From positions 1-27,108 of the forward strand of contig JAOAJC010000007.1 of NCBI GenBank assembly GCA_026414385.1: 27,108 bases of DNA. The letters are read 5' to 3'. This document shows, piece after piece, positions 1 through 7,046 of the stretch. This stretch comes from Candidatus Pacearchaeota archaeon (GTDB taxonomy: Archaea > Nanobdellota > Nanobdellia > Pacearchaeales > GW2011-AR1). The notes beneath the pieces were generated by a model. It worked only from the letters and a program-made list of their open reading frames with translations. It searched no databases and was not told the DNA's origin. Made by a program: the position numbers and the translations under genes. Position 1 is the stretch's first letter; each line of letters begins with the position of its first letter.

Positions 1-958
1 CGGCGGGCCTAACTATGAGGCTCTTAAGGTAGCGTAATGCCTTGTCATCTGAATGGTGACGTGCATGAATGGTTTAATGTGATGGTCACTGTCCCTAACC
101 AGAACCTTCTGAATCCACTTACCGGTGAAAATGCCGGTGTTGCCTAGTGGGAAGCGAAGACCTTATGAACCTTTACTGCAACTTGTTGCTGCGATTTTAA
201 GGAGGATGCATAGAATAGGTAGGAGCGTAGATGTCTAACTTCGGTGAAGACGGAGCGCCAGTGTAATACTACTCATTTTTCTTAAAATTGCTTACCCGAG
301 AGGGGACAACAGCAGGCGGGCAGTTTGGCTGGGGCGGCACCCTGGAGAAAAGATATCTCTAGGGCCTATAAGGTAAGCTCATCCAGGTTGGAAATCTGGA
401 GTTGAGTGCGAGGGCAAAAGCTTACCTGACTGTATTTCGAACAGTAAGAAATGCAGAGATGAAAGTCGGGCCTAGCGACCCCACGTAGCTTTTTAATAGG
501 GCTCGTGTGTGACAGAAAAGGTACTCTAAGGACAACAGGCTCGTCGCTCCCAATAGTCCATATTGACGGGGCGGTTTGGTACATCGCCGTCGGCTCTTCC
601 TATCCTGGTTGTGCATAAGCAACCAAGGGTGTCGGAGTTCACGCATTAAAAGGGATCGTTAGCTGGGTTAAGAACGTCGTGAGACAGTTTGTATGATATC
701 TACTAGGCGCGCAATTGTCTGAGTGGAACGAGCATCTAGTACGAGAGGAACGATGCTCGGGCGCCTCTGGTGTAGCAGTTCTCATGGGGAGGCTGCGCAG
801 CTACGCGCTAGCGAATAAGCACTGAAAGCATCTAAGTGCGAAGTCGCTCGCAAGACGAGACAATATAGGCCGTCAAAGAAGATGACGTTGATAGAGTTGG
901 TGTGTAAGATCCAAGAACCCGAGGATTTTAGCACGCAACTACTAACAGCTAAACTTAT
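1..958 (+). rRNA. rrl: 23S (LSU) rRNA, 3' ~960 nt; the 5' part lies upstream of the window
   Basis: Matches universally conserved LSU blocks: AAGGTAGCG at ~26-35, CGAAGACC...GAACCTTTACT at 155-177, the PTC ring GGAYAACAGGCT at 530-541, GCTGGGTT.AGAACGTCGTGAGACAGTT at 662-689, the sarcin-ricin loop AGTACGAGAGGAAC at 738-751, and GAAAGCATCTAAG at 824-836. Collinear with E. coli 23S from ~nt 1900 to the 3' end. GC is ~50% against ~30% in the flanks. The 3' end is approximate (+/-20 nt). ORFs 366..584 and 422..646 are spurious. Confidence 0.93.
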
Positions 959-1130
959 TTGATATCCTATAATTCTCTCAAACTTTTCTTCCTGTTTGCT
1001 GAGTTGTTTAATTCTTTATAATTAATTTCTAAAAACAAAAATGTTGAATCTTATATAATTTTAATATTGATTTTTTGCCATATTAATTATCTTAAATCTA
1101 TAAAAATTTCTTAACTTTTGATTTTATAAA

Positions 1131-1464
1131 TGAGTCAGGGTAGGCCGGATTATGTTAATCTTTGCAACTTAATGCAAACAGATTATGCTGAATCTTTCTA
1201 AGCGTGCGGCTTTGGCACTTGCATCAGCGAAGTCGGCCGTTTCAGCATTTCCCTCAAATCTTAGCTTCCCTCACGGTTCATAGCTCATTGAGGGCTGTCT
1301 CGTTTCTGTTCCGGAGCTCTGCCTCGCGACAGGATATTTCCATATCTCGCACTTTATGGCTTAATAAAAGCCATAGATGTCCGGACCTTCCTCAGAAATA
1401 GCGCTCATAATTTTTTAGCGCTTGGCAATTTAATGCCAAATTTCCGAATCAGCGCCCTGACTCA
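1131..1464 (-). ncRNA. rnpB: RNase P RNA (archaeal)
   Basis: On the minus strand, the terminal P1 helix TGAGTCAGGG (1455-1464 rc) pairs with CCCTGACTCA (1131-1140 rc). The CR-I/P4 5' strand GAGGAAGGTCCGGACATCTATGGC matches the consensus GAGGAAAGUCCGGGCUCCAUAGGGC. An internal GGAACAGAAACGAGACAGCCC matches the ACAGAAA block. GCTGAAACGGCC resembles the GUGAAACGG block, though this match is weaker and was not aligned base by base. The CR-V/P4 3' strand ACATAATCCGGCCTACCCTGACTCA matches ACAGAAxCCGGCUUAUCGGUCAGU. It is a GC-rich island in AT-rich DNA. ORF 1204..1401 is spurious. Confidence 0.85.
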
Positions 1465-1518
1465 TAAAAACAAGACGTTAAAACTATTTTAAATTTTACG
1501 GTTTATAAATTTAAAAAA

Positions 1519-1590
1519 TGGGAGTGGAGGGAATCGAACCCCCGACAGCACGAGCTTCAGTCGTGTGCTCTCCCACTGAGCTACACTCCC
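1519..1590 (-). tRNA. tRNA-Phe (anticodon GAA)
   Basis: The reverse complement folds as a canonical cloverleaf. Acceptor stem GGGAGTG/CACTCCC, U8 A9, D arm GCTC-AGTGGGA-GAGC. Anticodon arm CACGA-CTGAAGC-TCGTG (anticodon GAA), variable loop CTGTC, T arm GGGGG-TTCGATT-CCCTC, discriminator A. No encoded CCA. An oligo-T run follows immediately (plus-strand A6 at 1513-1518). A TATA-like ATTTAAAAG lies ~28 nt upstream of the 5' end. Confidence 0.95.
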
Positions 1591-1700
1591 GCAAAAAAGT
1601 TAAACAAAATTAACTTTTAAATCTTTAGGAAATCTTTTGATATTCTTATTTTTATAACCTCTTTCAAAAAGTTTAAATATCTTAAAAAATAATCATAAAA

Positions 1701-1835
1701 ATGTGTGGGGAAAATTCTTGTGCAAAATGTGCTGAGTGCATGCCTGTTGAATGCGAATGTCCAGAATGCAAATGCACTCCGTGTGTTTGCGAAAAAAAAG
1801 AAAAGAAATCAAAGAAAAAACCTAAGAAAAAATAG
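1701..1835 (+). CDS. Cysteine-rich 44-aa protein, metallothionein-like with a lysine-rich tail (hypothetical)
   Basis: Hand-translated ATG..TAG ORF, below the track's length cutoff: MCGENSCAKCAECMPVECECPECKCTPCVCEKKEKKSKKKPKKK. It has 10 Cys in the first 30 residues in CxxC/CxC spacing. It is locally GC-richer than the surrounding spacer. No SD is seen. Confidence 0.5.
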   Translation: MCGENSCAKCAECMPVECECPECKCTPCVCEKKEKKSKKKPKKK

Positions 1836-1843
1836 TTTCTGAA

Positions 1844-2150
1844 TTATTTTTTTGTTACTTTTTCTTCTTTTAGTATAAACTTTGCAATTAAAAATATGAC
1901 AAATGCAATTATAATAAAATTAATTAGTGCTCCCAAAAAAGCACCCCCATCCAATTACAAAAGGACCCAATGTCAATGTTGCTGTCTGCCAACCTCCGCC
2001 AGGAACAAACGGAGTTATCAATGGCATAATTATATTATCCACAATAGATTTCACAAGAGTTGTGGCAGCAATACCTATAATAAAAGCAATTGCCAACCCA
2101 ATGACTTTATATTCTTTCAAAAAATCTTTGAACTCTGAAATTAGCCCCAT
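1844..2150 (-). pseudogene. mscL: Large-conductance mechanosensitive channel MscL, interrupted by a 1-nt frameshift in a homopolymer
   Basis: ORF 1920..2150 gives MGLISEFKDFLKEYKVIGLAIAFIIGIAATTLVKSIVDNIIMPLITP..., the MscL N-terminus and TM1 (compare E. coli MSIIKEFREFA...[27 protein letters not shown]). The reading ends as ...IGWGCFFGSTN*. Shifting the frame by one base yields GAFLGALINFIIIAFVIFLIAKFILKEEKVTKK*, which is MscL TM2 and the C-terminal tail. The span is 307 nt, i.e. 102 codons plus 1 nt. Confidence 0.8.
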
Positions 2151-2239
2151 CTTTTCTCTCGTTCTTAATTTTTAATCTTTAATCTTTTTAAATATTCCTA
2201 ATCAATAACATTTATAAAAGATAAATTTTAATTATTTAT

Positions 2240-2560
2240 ATGTCAAAAGAGGTTGATAACAGTTTCGGTATTGCTTCAGTTATACTCGGGATTGTTGGAT
2301 TAGTCATGAGTGTATTTGTTTTTCCAATAATCATTAGCATTGTTGGATTAATTTTTGGTATAGTCCAATATAAAAAATCAAAAAACAAATGGGCAATATG
2401 GGGTATTGTCATTTCAATTTTAGGAATAATTTTAGCTCTTTTGTTAATCTGGAAAATTTATCTAATCGCTAATCAAACCCAACAATTAATTAATGCTTGC
2501 ATGCAAAATCCTTCGTTAGCTGGATGCGAAACTATAAATCAAATGTTGGGAGTTTCATAA
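2240..2560 (+). CDS. Small integral membrane protein (DUF4190-like), hypothetical
   Basis: 106-aa ORF with two long hydrophobic helices (GIASVILGIVGLVMSVFVFPIIISIVGLIFGIV and WAIWGIVISILGIILALLLIW). The next gene starts 1 nt after its stop. Confidence 0.6.
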   Translation: MSKEVDNSFGIASVILGIVGLVMSVFVFPIIISIVGLIFGIVQYKKSKNKWAIWGIVISILGIILALLLIWKIYLIANQTQQLINACMQNPSLAGCETINQMLGVS

Positions 2561-2561
2561 C

Positions 2562-3116
2562 ATGAACAGAAAAGCAGCTATGGAACTTTCTATGGGTACG
2601 ATTGTTGTAGTAGTTTTGTCAGTTTCTATGTTAATACTCGGAATGATTTTAGTTAGAAGTATAATGTGTGCAGGTATGCAAATTTCAGAAGATATTAGCT
2701 CAGGAGTTAGAAATGAGGTTAAGAATCTGTTTGGCGCAGATAAATTTGGAGTAAAATGCATGGGTGAGGGAGGACAAGATGTTAAATTAGGAACAGGTGG
2801 GAGAAGAAAAGTTGTTTGCATAATTAAATCAGAAGAACAATCCACATATCAGCTCATTGCAACAAAAATTGAGAGTTTGAAAGGGGCTTCAACAGATGTT
2901 GTTCAAAAATGGGTTCTTAATAAAGAATGGAGTGGTTCTGTCTCGCCAGGAACAGACAAAGAAGTAGATGTTGTTTTGCTTGATATTCCTCGCAATGCTC
3001 CGACATCCACTCTAAAAATAACAATACAAGCTAATAAAGGTGCAGGTTCTTCTGACACAATTACTTCCATAATAGATATTGTTCCAACTGGTTTTGTTAA
3101 GGGAGCTATTTGTTAA
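2562..3116 (+). CDS. Putative secreted or pilin-like protein with an archaeal class III-type signal peptide
   Basis: 184-aa ORF. The N-terminus MNRKAAMELSMGTIVVVVLSVSMLILGMILV has a short basic leader, small residues and a ~20-aa hydrophobic helix. A soluble domain follows. No family recognised. Confidence 0.5.
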   Translation: MNRKAAMELSMGTIVVVVLSVSMLILGMILVRSIMCAGMQISEDISSGVRNEVKNLFGADKFGVKCMGEGGQDVKLGTGGRRKVVCIIKSEEQSTYQLIATKIESLKGASTDVVQKWVLNKEWSGSVSPGTDKEVDVVLLDIPRNAPTSTLKITIQANKGAGSSDTITSIIDIVPTGFVKGAIC

Positions 3117-3171
3117 ATTACTTAATTTTTTTATTTGTTATCTTTATATAGTCTAAACTTCTTGATAATTT

Positions 3172-3579
3172 ATGAAATTTCGCGAATTTTATACATCATC
3201 AAATAAGTTAATTTTATGTGGAAAAAATGCTGAACAAAACGAGGAACTAATAAAAAATCATACTCTCCCATATGAAACAGTTCTTCATACAAAAGCACCT
3301 GGCTCACCTTTTTGCGTTATTAAAAATAAAAAACCATCTTTAAAAGATATAAGGGAAACAGCAATTATTTGCGCAGCATTTAGTAAAGATTGGAAGCTAA
3401 ACAAAAAAGATGTAGAAGTTCACATTTTCAAGGGAAACAATATCTCAAAACAAAAAGATATGAAAATAGGAACTTTTGCAGTCAAAAACGCAAAAAATAT
3501 AATTGTAAAAAAAGAATTAATAACCAAATTTTTAGAAAATTATAACGGATTAAATCAAACCATAAATGAAGATGAATAA
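3172..3579 (+). CDS. Stand-alone NFACT-R (DUF814) RNA-binding domain protein
   Basis: 135 aa. The pattern F.SS..LILCGKNAEQNEELI.....YETVLHTKAPGSPFCVIKN matches the DUF814/NFACT-R signature (vGrn..eNe.L...... d.w.H......GshvVi). Confidence 0.65.
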   Translation: MKFREFYTSSNKLILCGKNAEQNEELIKNHTLPYETVLHTKAPGSPFCVIKNKKPSLKDIRETAIICAAFSKDWKLNKKDVEVHIFKGNNISKQKDMKIGTFAVKNAKNIIVKKELITKFLENYNGLNQTINEDE

Positions 3580-3817
3580 TTCGCTAAAATTTCAAATAGG
3601 AAAATCTGGAATTAGCCAAGGAGTTATAAATTCATTGGAATTAGCATTAAAAAATCACAAAACAATTAGAATTTCTGCGTTAAAATCTTCTGGCAGAGAT
3701 AGAAATTCAATAGAACAAATGGCTAATGAGATTAAATCAAAATTAACAACTCATTGCGACACAAAAATAATTGGTTTTACTATTATTCTTTTCAAAAAAT
3801 CTTCTTTTAAAAAATAA
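3566..3817 (+). CDS. YhbY/CRM-domain RNA-binding protein
   Basis: 83 aa. LKFQIGKSGISQGVINSLELALKNHKTIRISAL matches the CRS1/YhbY signature (lqIGKnGit.gvi.ei..al..hELiKvkvl). It overlaps the upstream gene by 14 nt. Confidence 0.7.
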   Translation: MKMNNSLKFQIGKSGISQGVINSLELALKNHKTIRISALKSSGRDRNSIEQMANEIKSKLTTHCDTKIIGFTIILFKKSSFKK

Positions 3818-3947
3818 ATATATAAAAACATTTAGAACTTAAACCCTAAATAAGAAAGATTTAAAATACCTCAAATCTCCTCAATTTTGGGCTTGATGGT
3901 TCTTTAAAACCAATCTAGTGCTGCAAAGCACGGCCTAGTTAAACAAC

Positions 3948-4355
3948 ATGACAAGCATAAGAGCAATAGAACCCGGTAAATACAATAAACTTTTAGCAGA
4001 AGCTTTAAAAAAAATTCCAGAATTCAAAAAACCAGAATGGGTAGATTTTGTTAAGACTGGCGCAAACAAAGCTCGCCCAAATATAGATGAATATTTTTGG
4101 TATAAAAGAGCAGCTTCTATTTTAAGACAAATTTATCTTAAAGGTATTGTTGGTGTCGAAAGATTAAGAACAAGATATGGTAGTAGAAAGAAAAGAGGGA
4201 TGAAGCCAGCAATTTTTCAAAAAGCCGGTGGAAAAATCATAAGACTAATTTTGCAGCAAGCCGATTCTGCTGGATTAACTGAAAAAATAAAAGGAAAAAA
4301 ATCAGGGAGAAAGCTAACTCAAAAAGGCAAGGAGTTGCTCGAAAGCATAAAATGA
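3948..4355 (+). CDS. rps19e: 30S ribosomal protein eS19
   Basis: 135 aa. PEWVDFVKTGANKARPN...WYKRAASILRQIYLKGIVGVERLRTRYGSRKKRG..P..F.KAGGKIIR..LQQ is the typical eS19 core. Confidence 0.9.
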   Translation: MTSIRAIEPGKYNKLLAEALKKIPEFKKPEWVDFVKTGANKARPNIDEYFWYKRAASILRQIYLKGIVGVERLRTRYGSRKKRGMKPAIFQKAGGKIIRLILQQADSAGLTEKIKGKKSGRKLTQKGKELLESIK

Positions 4356-4582
4356 AACAAAAAAACCAATACAAATTAAGAATAAGGGGAGAATATCAGA
4401 AAAAAATAAAGTTGGGCGTTCTTGGAAGGAGAACTAAATGGGCTCCAATCTGGGCTGTTTTAAGAAAGTTCGGTAAAGGAAAGAGAGTTCATCCATCTGA
4501 AATAACTAAACAAAGAAGACATTGGAGACAAACCAGGCTAAAAATTAAACCGAGAAAAACAAGAAAAACACATTTAGGTTAA
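4352..4582 (+). CDS. rpl39e: 50S ribosomal protein eL39
   Basis: KKIKLGVLGRRTKWAPIWAVLRK...RVHP...RRHWRQTRLKI matches the eL39 consensus (KK.RLAKA.KQNR.vP.Wv..KT...v..HPkRRHWRRtKLk). An ATGA start/stop overlap with rps19e suggests translational coupling. The true start could be internal. Confidence 0.85.
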   Translation: MKQKNQYKLRIRGEYQKKIKLGVLGRRTKWAPIWAVLRKFGKGKRVHPSEITKQRRHWRQTRLKIKPRKTRKTHLG

Positions 4583-4583
4583 A

Positions 4584-5126
4584 ATGGCAGAAGAAAAAAA
4601 ACAAGAAAAAATTGAACGAGAATACATTATTCCGTTGAGAAGAGAATGGTTAAAAGTTCAAGCATATAGAAGGGCAGCAAGAGCAGCACAAACAATAAAA
4701 AAATTTATAGCAAAGCACATGAAAATAGCCGATAGAGATTTAAAAAAAGTTAAACTTGATATTTATCTCAACAATGAATTATTTTATCGCGGAATTAAAA
4801 ACCCTCCTTCAAAAATAAAAGTTAAGGCAATAAAAGAAAACGATATAGTTAGAGTCGAATTAGCAGAAATTCCAGAAATATTAAAATTCAAAAAAGCAAG
4901 ACATCAAAAAATTCATAAAAAAGAAGAAAAAAAGAAAGAAACAAAAGAGTCGGAAAAAACAATCAAAGAAGAAAAAACAGAAGAAAAAAAGAAAGAAGAA
5001 ATAGAAAAAGAAAAATCTGTTGAAGAAAAACAAATTAAAGATGTAAAAGCAAAAGAAAAAGCAGAAAAACACACTACAAAAACTAAAGAGCCGCAAATTG
5101 TCCGACGTTCAATGAATAGACACTAA
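4584..5126 (+). CDS. rpl31e: 50S ribosomal protein eL31 with a ~85-aa K/E-rich C-terminal extension
   Basis: REYIIPLRREWLKVQAYRRAARAAQTIKKFIAKHM...VKLDIYLNNELFYRGIKNPPSKIKVKAIKE.DIVRVELAE is the eL31 core. The S19e-L39e-L31e order is the conserved archaeal arrangement. The tail is KKEEKKKETKESEKTIKEEKTEEKKKEEIEKEK... Confidence 0.9.
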   Translation: MAEEKKQEKIEREYIIPLRREWLKVQAYRRAARAAQTIKKFIAKHMKIADRDLKKVKLDIYLNNELFYRGIKNPPSKIKVKAIKENDIVRVELAEIPEILKFKKARHQKIHKKEEKKKETKESEKTIKEEKTEEKKKEEIEKEKSVEEKQIKDVKAKEKAEKHTTKTKEPQIVRRSMNRH

Positions 5127-6052
5127 TTTAAAGAGATAATTTCCCTCGCTATTTTCTCAGGAACATGTCTTAATATTGTTCTCTCCATTGAAGGATATTC
5201 TGAAACATAATTCCCTCTTACTACTCTTTCATCATCCCCCAAATCATCTTCAACAAGTTGCGAATTTTCTCCCAAATATTTTTGAAGCACATCTTGGCTC
5301 GGTTTTCCAACATTAACGATTATATAATCTATTTCAACACCAGAATATTTTTCAATCTCCCTAACAAAATCACTCGCTTTGAAGTTGTATGTTCCTTCCT
5401 TTGTAAATAAATTACACACATAAATTATTGTCGCTTTGCTTTCTTGCAATGCTTCTCTCATCCCCTTTACTATAAAATTTGATAATATACTCCCATATAA
5501 CTCTCCTGGACATATAACAATTTTATCAGCATTTCTTATCGCATCTCCCGCTTCTTTGTAAAGATACGCTTCTGGCACATGGAATATTTCTTTTATTTTT
5601 GTATTTTTATCCCTTGGATAACTTATCTCTGTCTGTCCTTGTAAAAACATTCCATCTCCTGTTTCAGCATGTAATACAACTTCATCAGTGCTTACTGGTA
5701 ATACCTTTCCTTTTATTCTTAGCAATTTTCCAGCCTCTTTTATCGCTTGCGCAGAACTTCCAGAAATAGAGGCAAGTGCAGTTATAATCAAATTTCCTAA
5801 ATTATGTCCGTCTTTCAATCTAAAAGAAAACAAATCTCTCAATAATTTTGCTTCATTATCATCGGCAAGTGCAACCATGCATTGCCTTGCATCTCCTGGT
5901 GGCAATATTCCATACTCATCTTGCAGTCTACCACTTGAACCGCCATCGTCACTCACATTCACAATAGAAGTGATATCACACTCATAATTTTTTAGCCCTC
6001 TTAATATTTGAAAATGTCCAGTGCCACCACCGATAGTTACAATTTTTTGCAT
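5123..6052 (-). CDS. YvcK/CofD-family protein (UPF0052; gluconeogenesis factor / 2-phospho-L-lactate transferase-like)
   Basis: 309 aa. KIVTIGGGTGHFQILRGLK...ITSIVNVSDDGGSSGRL.....ILPPGDARQCMVALADD is the hallmark N-terminal signature of the family. Its stop codon overlaps the rpl31e stop (convergent genes). Confidence 0.85.
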   Translation of the reverse strand: MQKIVTIGGGTGHFQILRGLKNYECDITSIVNVSDDGGSSGRLQDEYGILPPGDARQCMVALADDNEAKLLRDLFSFRLKDGHNLGNLIITALASISGSSAQAIKEAGKLLRIKGKVLPVSTDEVVLHAETGDGMFLQGQTEISYPRDKNTKIKEIFHVPEAYLYKEAGDAIRNADKIVICPGELYGSILSNFIVKGMREALQESKATIIYVCNLFTKEGTYNFKASDFVREIEKYSGVEIDYIIVNVGKPSQDVLQKYLGENSQLVEDDLGDDERVVRGNYVSEYPSMERTILRHVPEKIAREIISLN

Positions 6053-6138
6053 GCTTTTTCTTATTCAAAAAAGCTTTTAATTATTATTGTGTTAAATTAG
6101 TTGTAAAATCTTTTAAATAATCAATCCAATTAACTATT

Positions 6139-7008
6139 ATGGAGATTAATCTTGAACAGATAAAAGAAAATAAATCAATAAACGAATTATTAGAATTTTC
6201 ACTAATTAATATCGACAAACCCTCTGGCCCGACATCTTTTTCAGTTTCCCAATTCGTTAAAAATTCTTTAAAGTTAAGAAAAACCTCTCATTTTGGAACA
6301 TTAGACCCACAAGTTTCAGGAGTTCTTCCTGTTGCACTCAATCGAGCCAGTCGGTTAAACGATTATTTTATAGATAAAGATAAAACTTATGTTGGGATAA
6401 TGCGCCTTCATAAAACTATTCCTGAAAAAAAATTAAAAGAAGTAATCAAAAAATTTATAGGAAAAATAAAACAAATTCCGCCATTAAGGAGCAGAGTTAA
6501 AAGAGAGATTAGGGAGAGAGAAGTAAAGAGTTTTGACATTCTTGAAATTGATAACAAAGATGTTTTATTTTTAACGCAAGTTCAAGCAGGCACATACATA
6601 AGAAAATTATGCGATGACATAGGAAAAGAAATCGGAGGAGCACATATGCTTGAATTAAGAAGAATAAAAGCAGGAATTTTTGACGAAAACAAAAGCGTAA
6701 ATCTTTATGATTTTGAAAGAGCAGTTGAAGAATATAACAACGGAAACGAAACTTTTTTAAGAAAAATATTAATCCCTGCAGAAATTATCGGCACAATTCT
6801 AAAAACTATCCAAGTTAGAAAATCTTCTTTACCAAGTTTGCTTAGAGGAAAACCTATTTTTAAAGAAGATTTTGAAAATGAGAGAGAAATAACCTCCCTG
6901 AACTATGGCGAAAAAATTGCAATTTTTTATCAAAATCGATTTATAGAAGTTGCTCGCATTACCAATGAAAAAAAAATTATTGCTCGCCCAGAATTTGTTT
7001 TTAATTAA
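6139..7008 (+). CDS. cbf5: tRNA/rRNA pseudouridine synthase Cbf5 (TruB family, with C-terminal PUA domain)
   Basis: 289 aa. INIDKPSGPTSFSVSQFVK......KTSHFGTLDPQVSGVLPVALNRASRL contains the TruB catalytic motif (GTLDP). GTYIRKLCDDIG and a PUA-like C-terminus are also present. Confidence 0.9.
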   Translation: MEINLEQIKENKSINELLEFSLINIDKPSGPTSFSVSQFVKNSLKLRKTSHFGTLDPQVSGVLPVALNRASRLNDYFIDKDKTYVGIMRLHKTIPEKKLKEVIKKFIGKIKQIPPLRSRVKREIREREVKSFDILEIDNKDVLFLTQVQAGTYIRKLCDDIGKEIGGAHMLELRRIKAGIFDENKSVNLYDFERAVEEYNNGNETFLRKILIPAEIIGTILKTIQVRKSSLPSLLRGKPIFKEDFENEREITSLNYGEKIAIFYQNRFIEVARITNEKKIIARPEFVFN

Positions 7009-7046
7009 ATCCCAATCCTTAAAAACTATCAATTTATATTATATCA

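Noticed and set aside
366-646. ORFs 366..584 and 422..646 (minus strand)
   Set aside because: They lie entirely inside conserved 23S rRNA domain V, so they are spurious.
1204-1401. 65-aa ORF with a GTG start on the plus strand. I first considered this GC-rich block as a 5S or SRP RNA.
   Set aside because: The block has RNase P RNA P1/P4 (CR-I, CR-V) signatures on the minus strand. It is too long for 5S. The SRP helix-8 motif order (GGUCCGGAAGGAAGCAG) does not fit.
1896-2175. Plus-strand ORFs 1896..2138 and 1927..2175
   Set aside because: They are antisense shadows of mscL with low-complexity translations.
2555-2845. Minus-strand 96-aa ORF
   Set aside because: It is antisense to the better-supported pilin-like gene 2562..3116, with no motifs.
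3880-3945. A slightly GC-richer patch upstream of rps19e with two small hairpins (GGTT-CTTTAA-AACC; GTGC-TGCAAA-GCAC) and a TGATGG resembling a C box
   Set aside because: It has no D box (CTGA), no convincing terminal stem and no tRNA-like fold. It is most likely just the 5' leader or promoter region of the r-protein operon.
4881-5096. Minus-strand 71-aa F/C-rich ORF and apparent repetitiveness of 4900-5100
   Set aside because: It is the antisense reading of the purine-rich K/E tail of rpl31e. This is low-complexity sequence, not a CRISPR array or structured repeat.
5123-5126. Convergent overlap of the rpl31e and yvcK-like stop codons, and the ATGA overlap of rps19e/rpl39e at 4352-4355
   Set aside because: These are ordinary consequences of genome compaction and are not noteworthy on their own.
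5688-5987. Plus-strand 99-aa ORF
   Set aside because: It is antisense to the well-supported YvcK/CofD-like gene.
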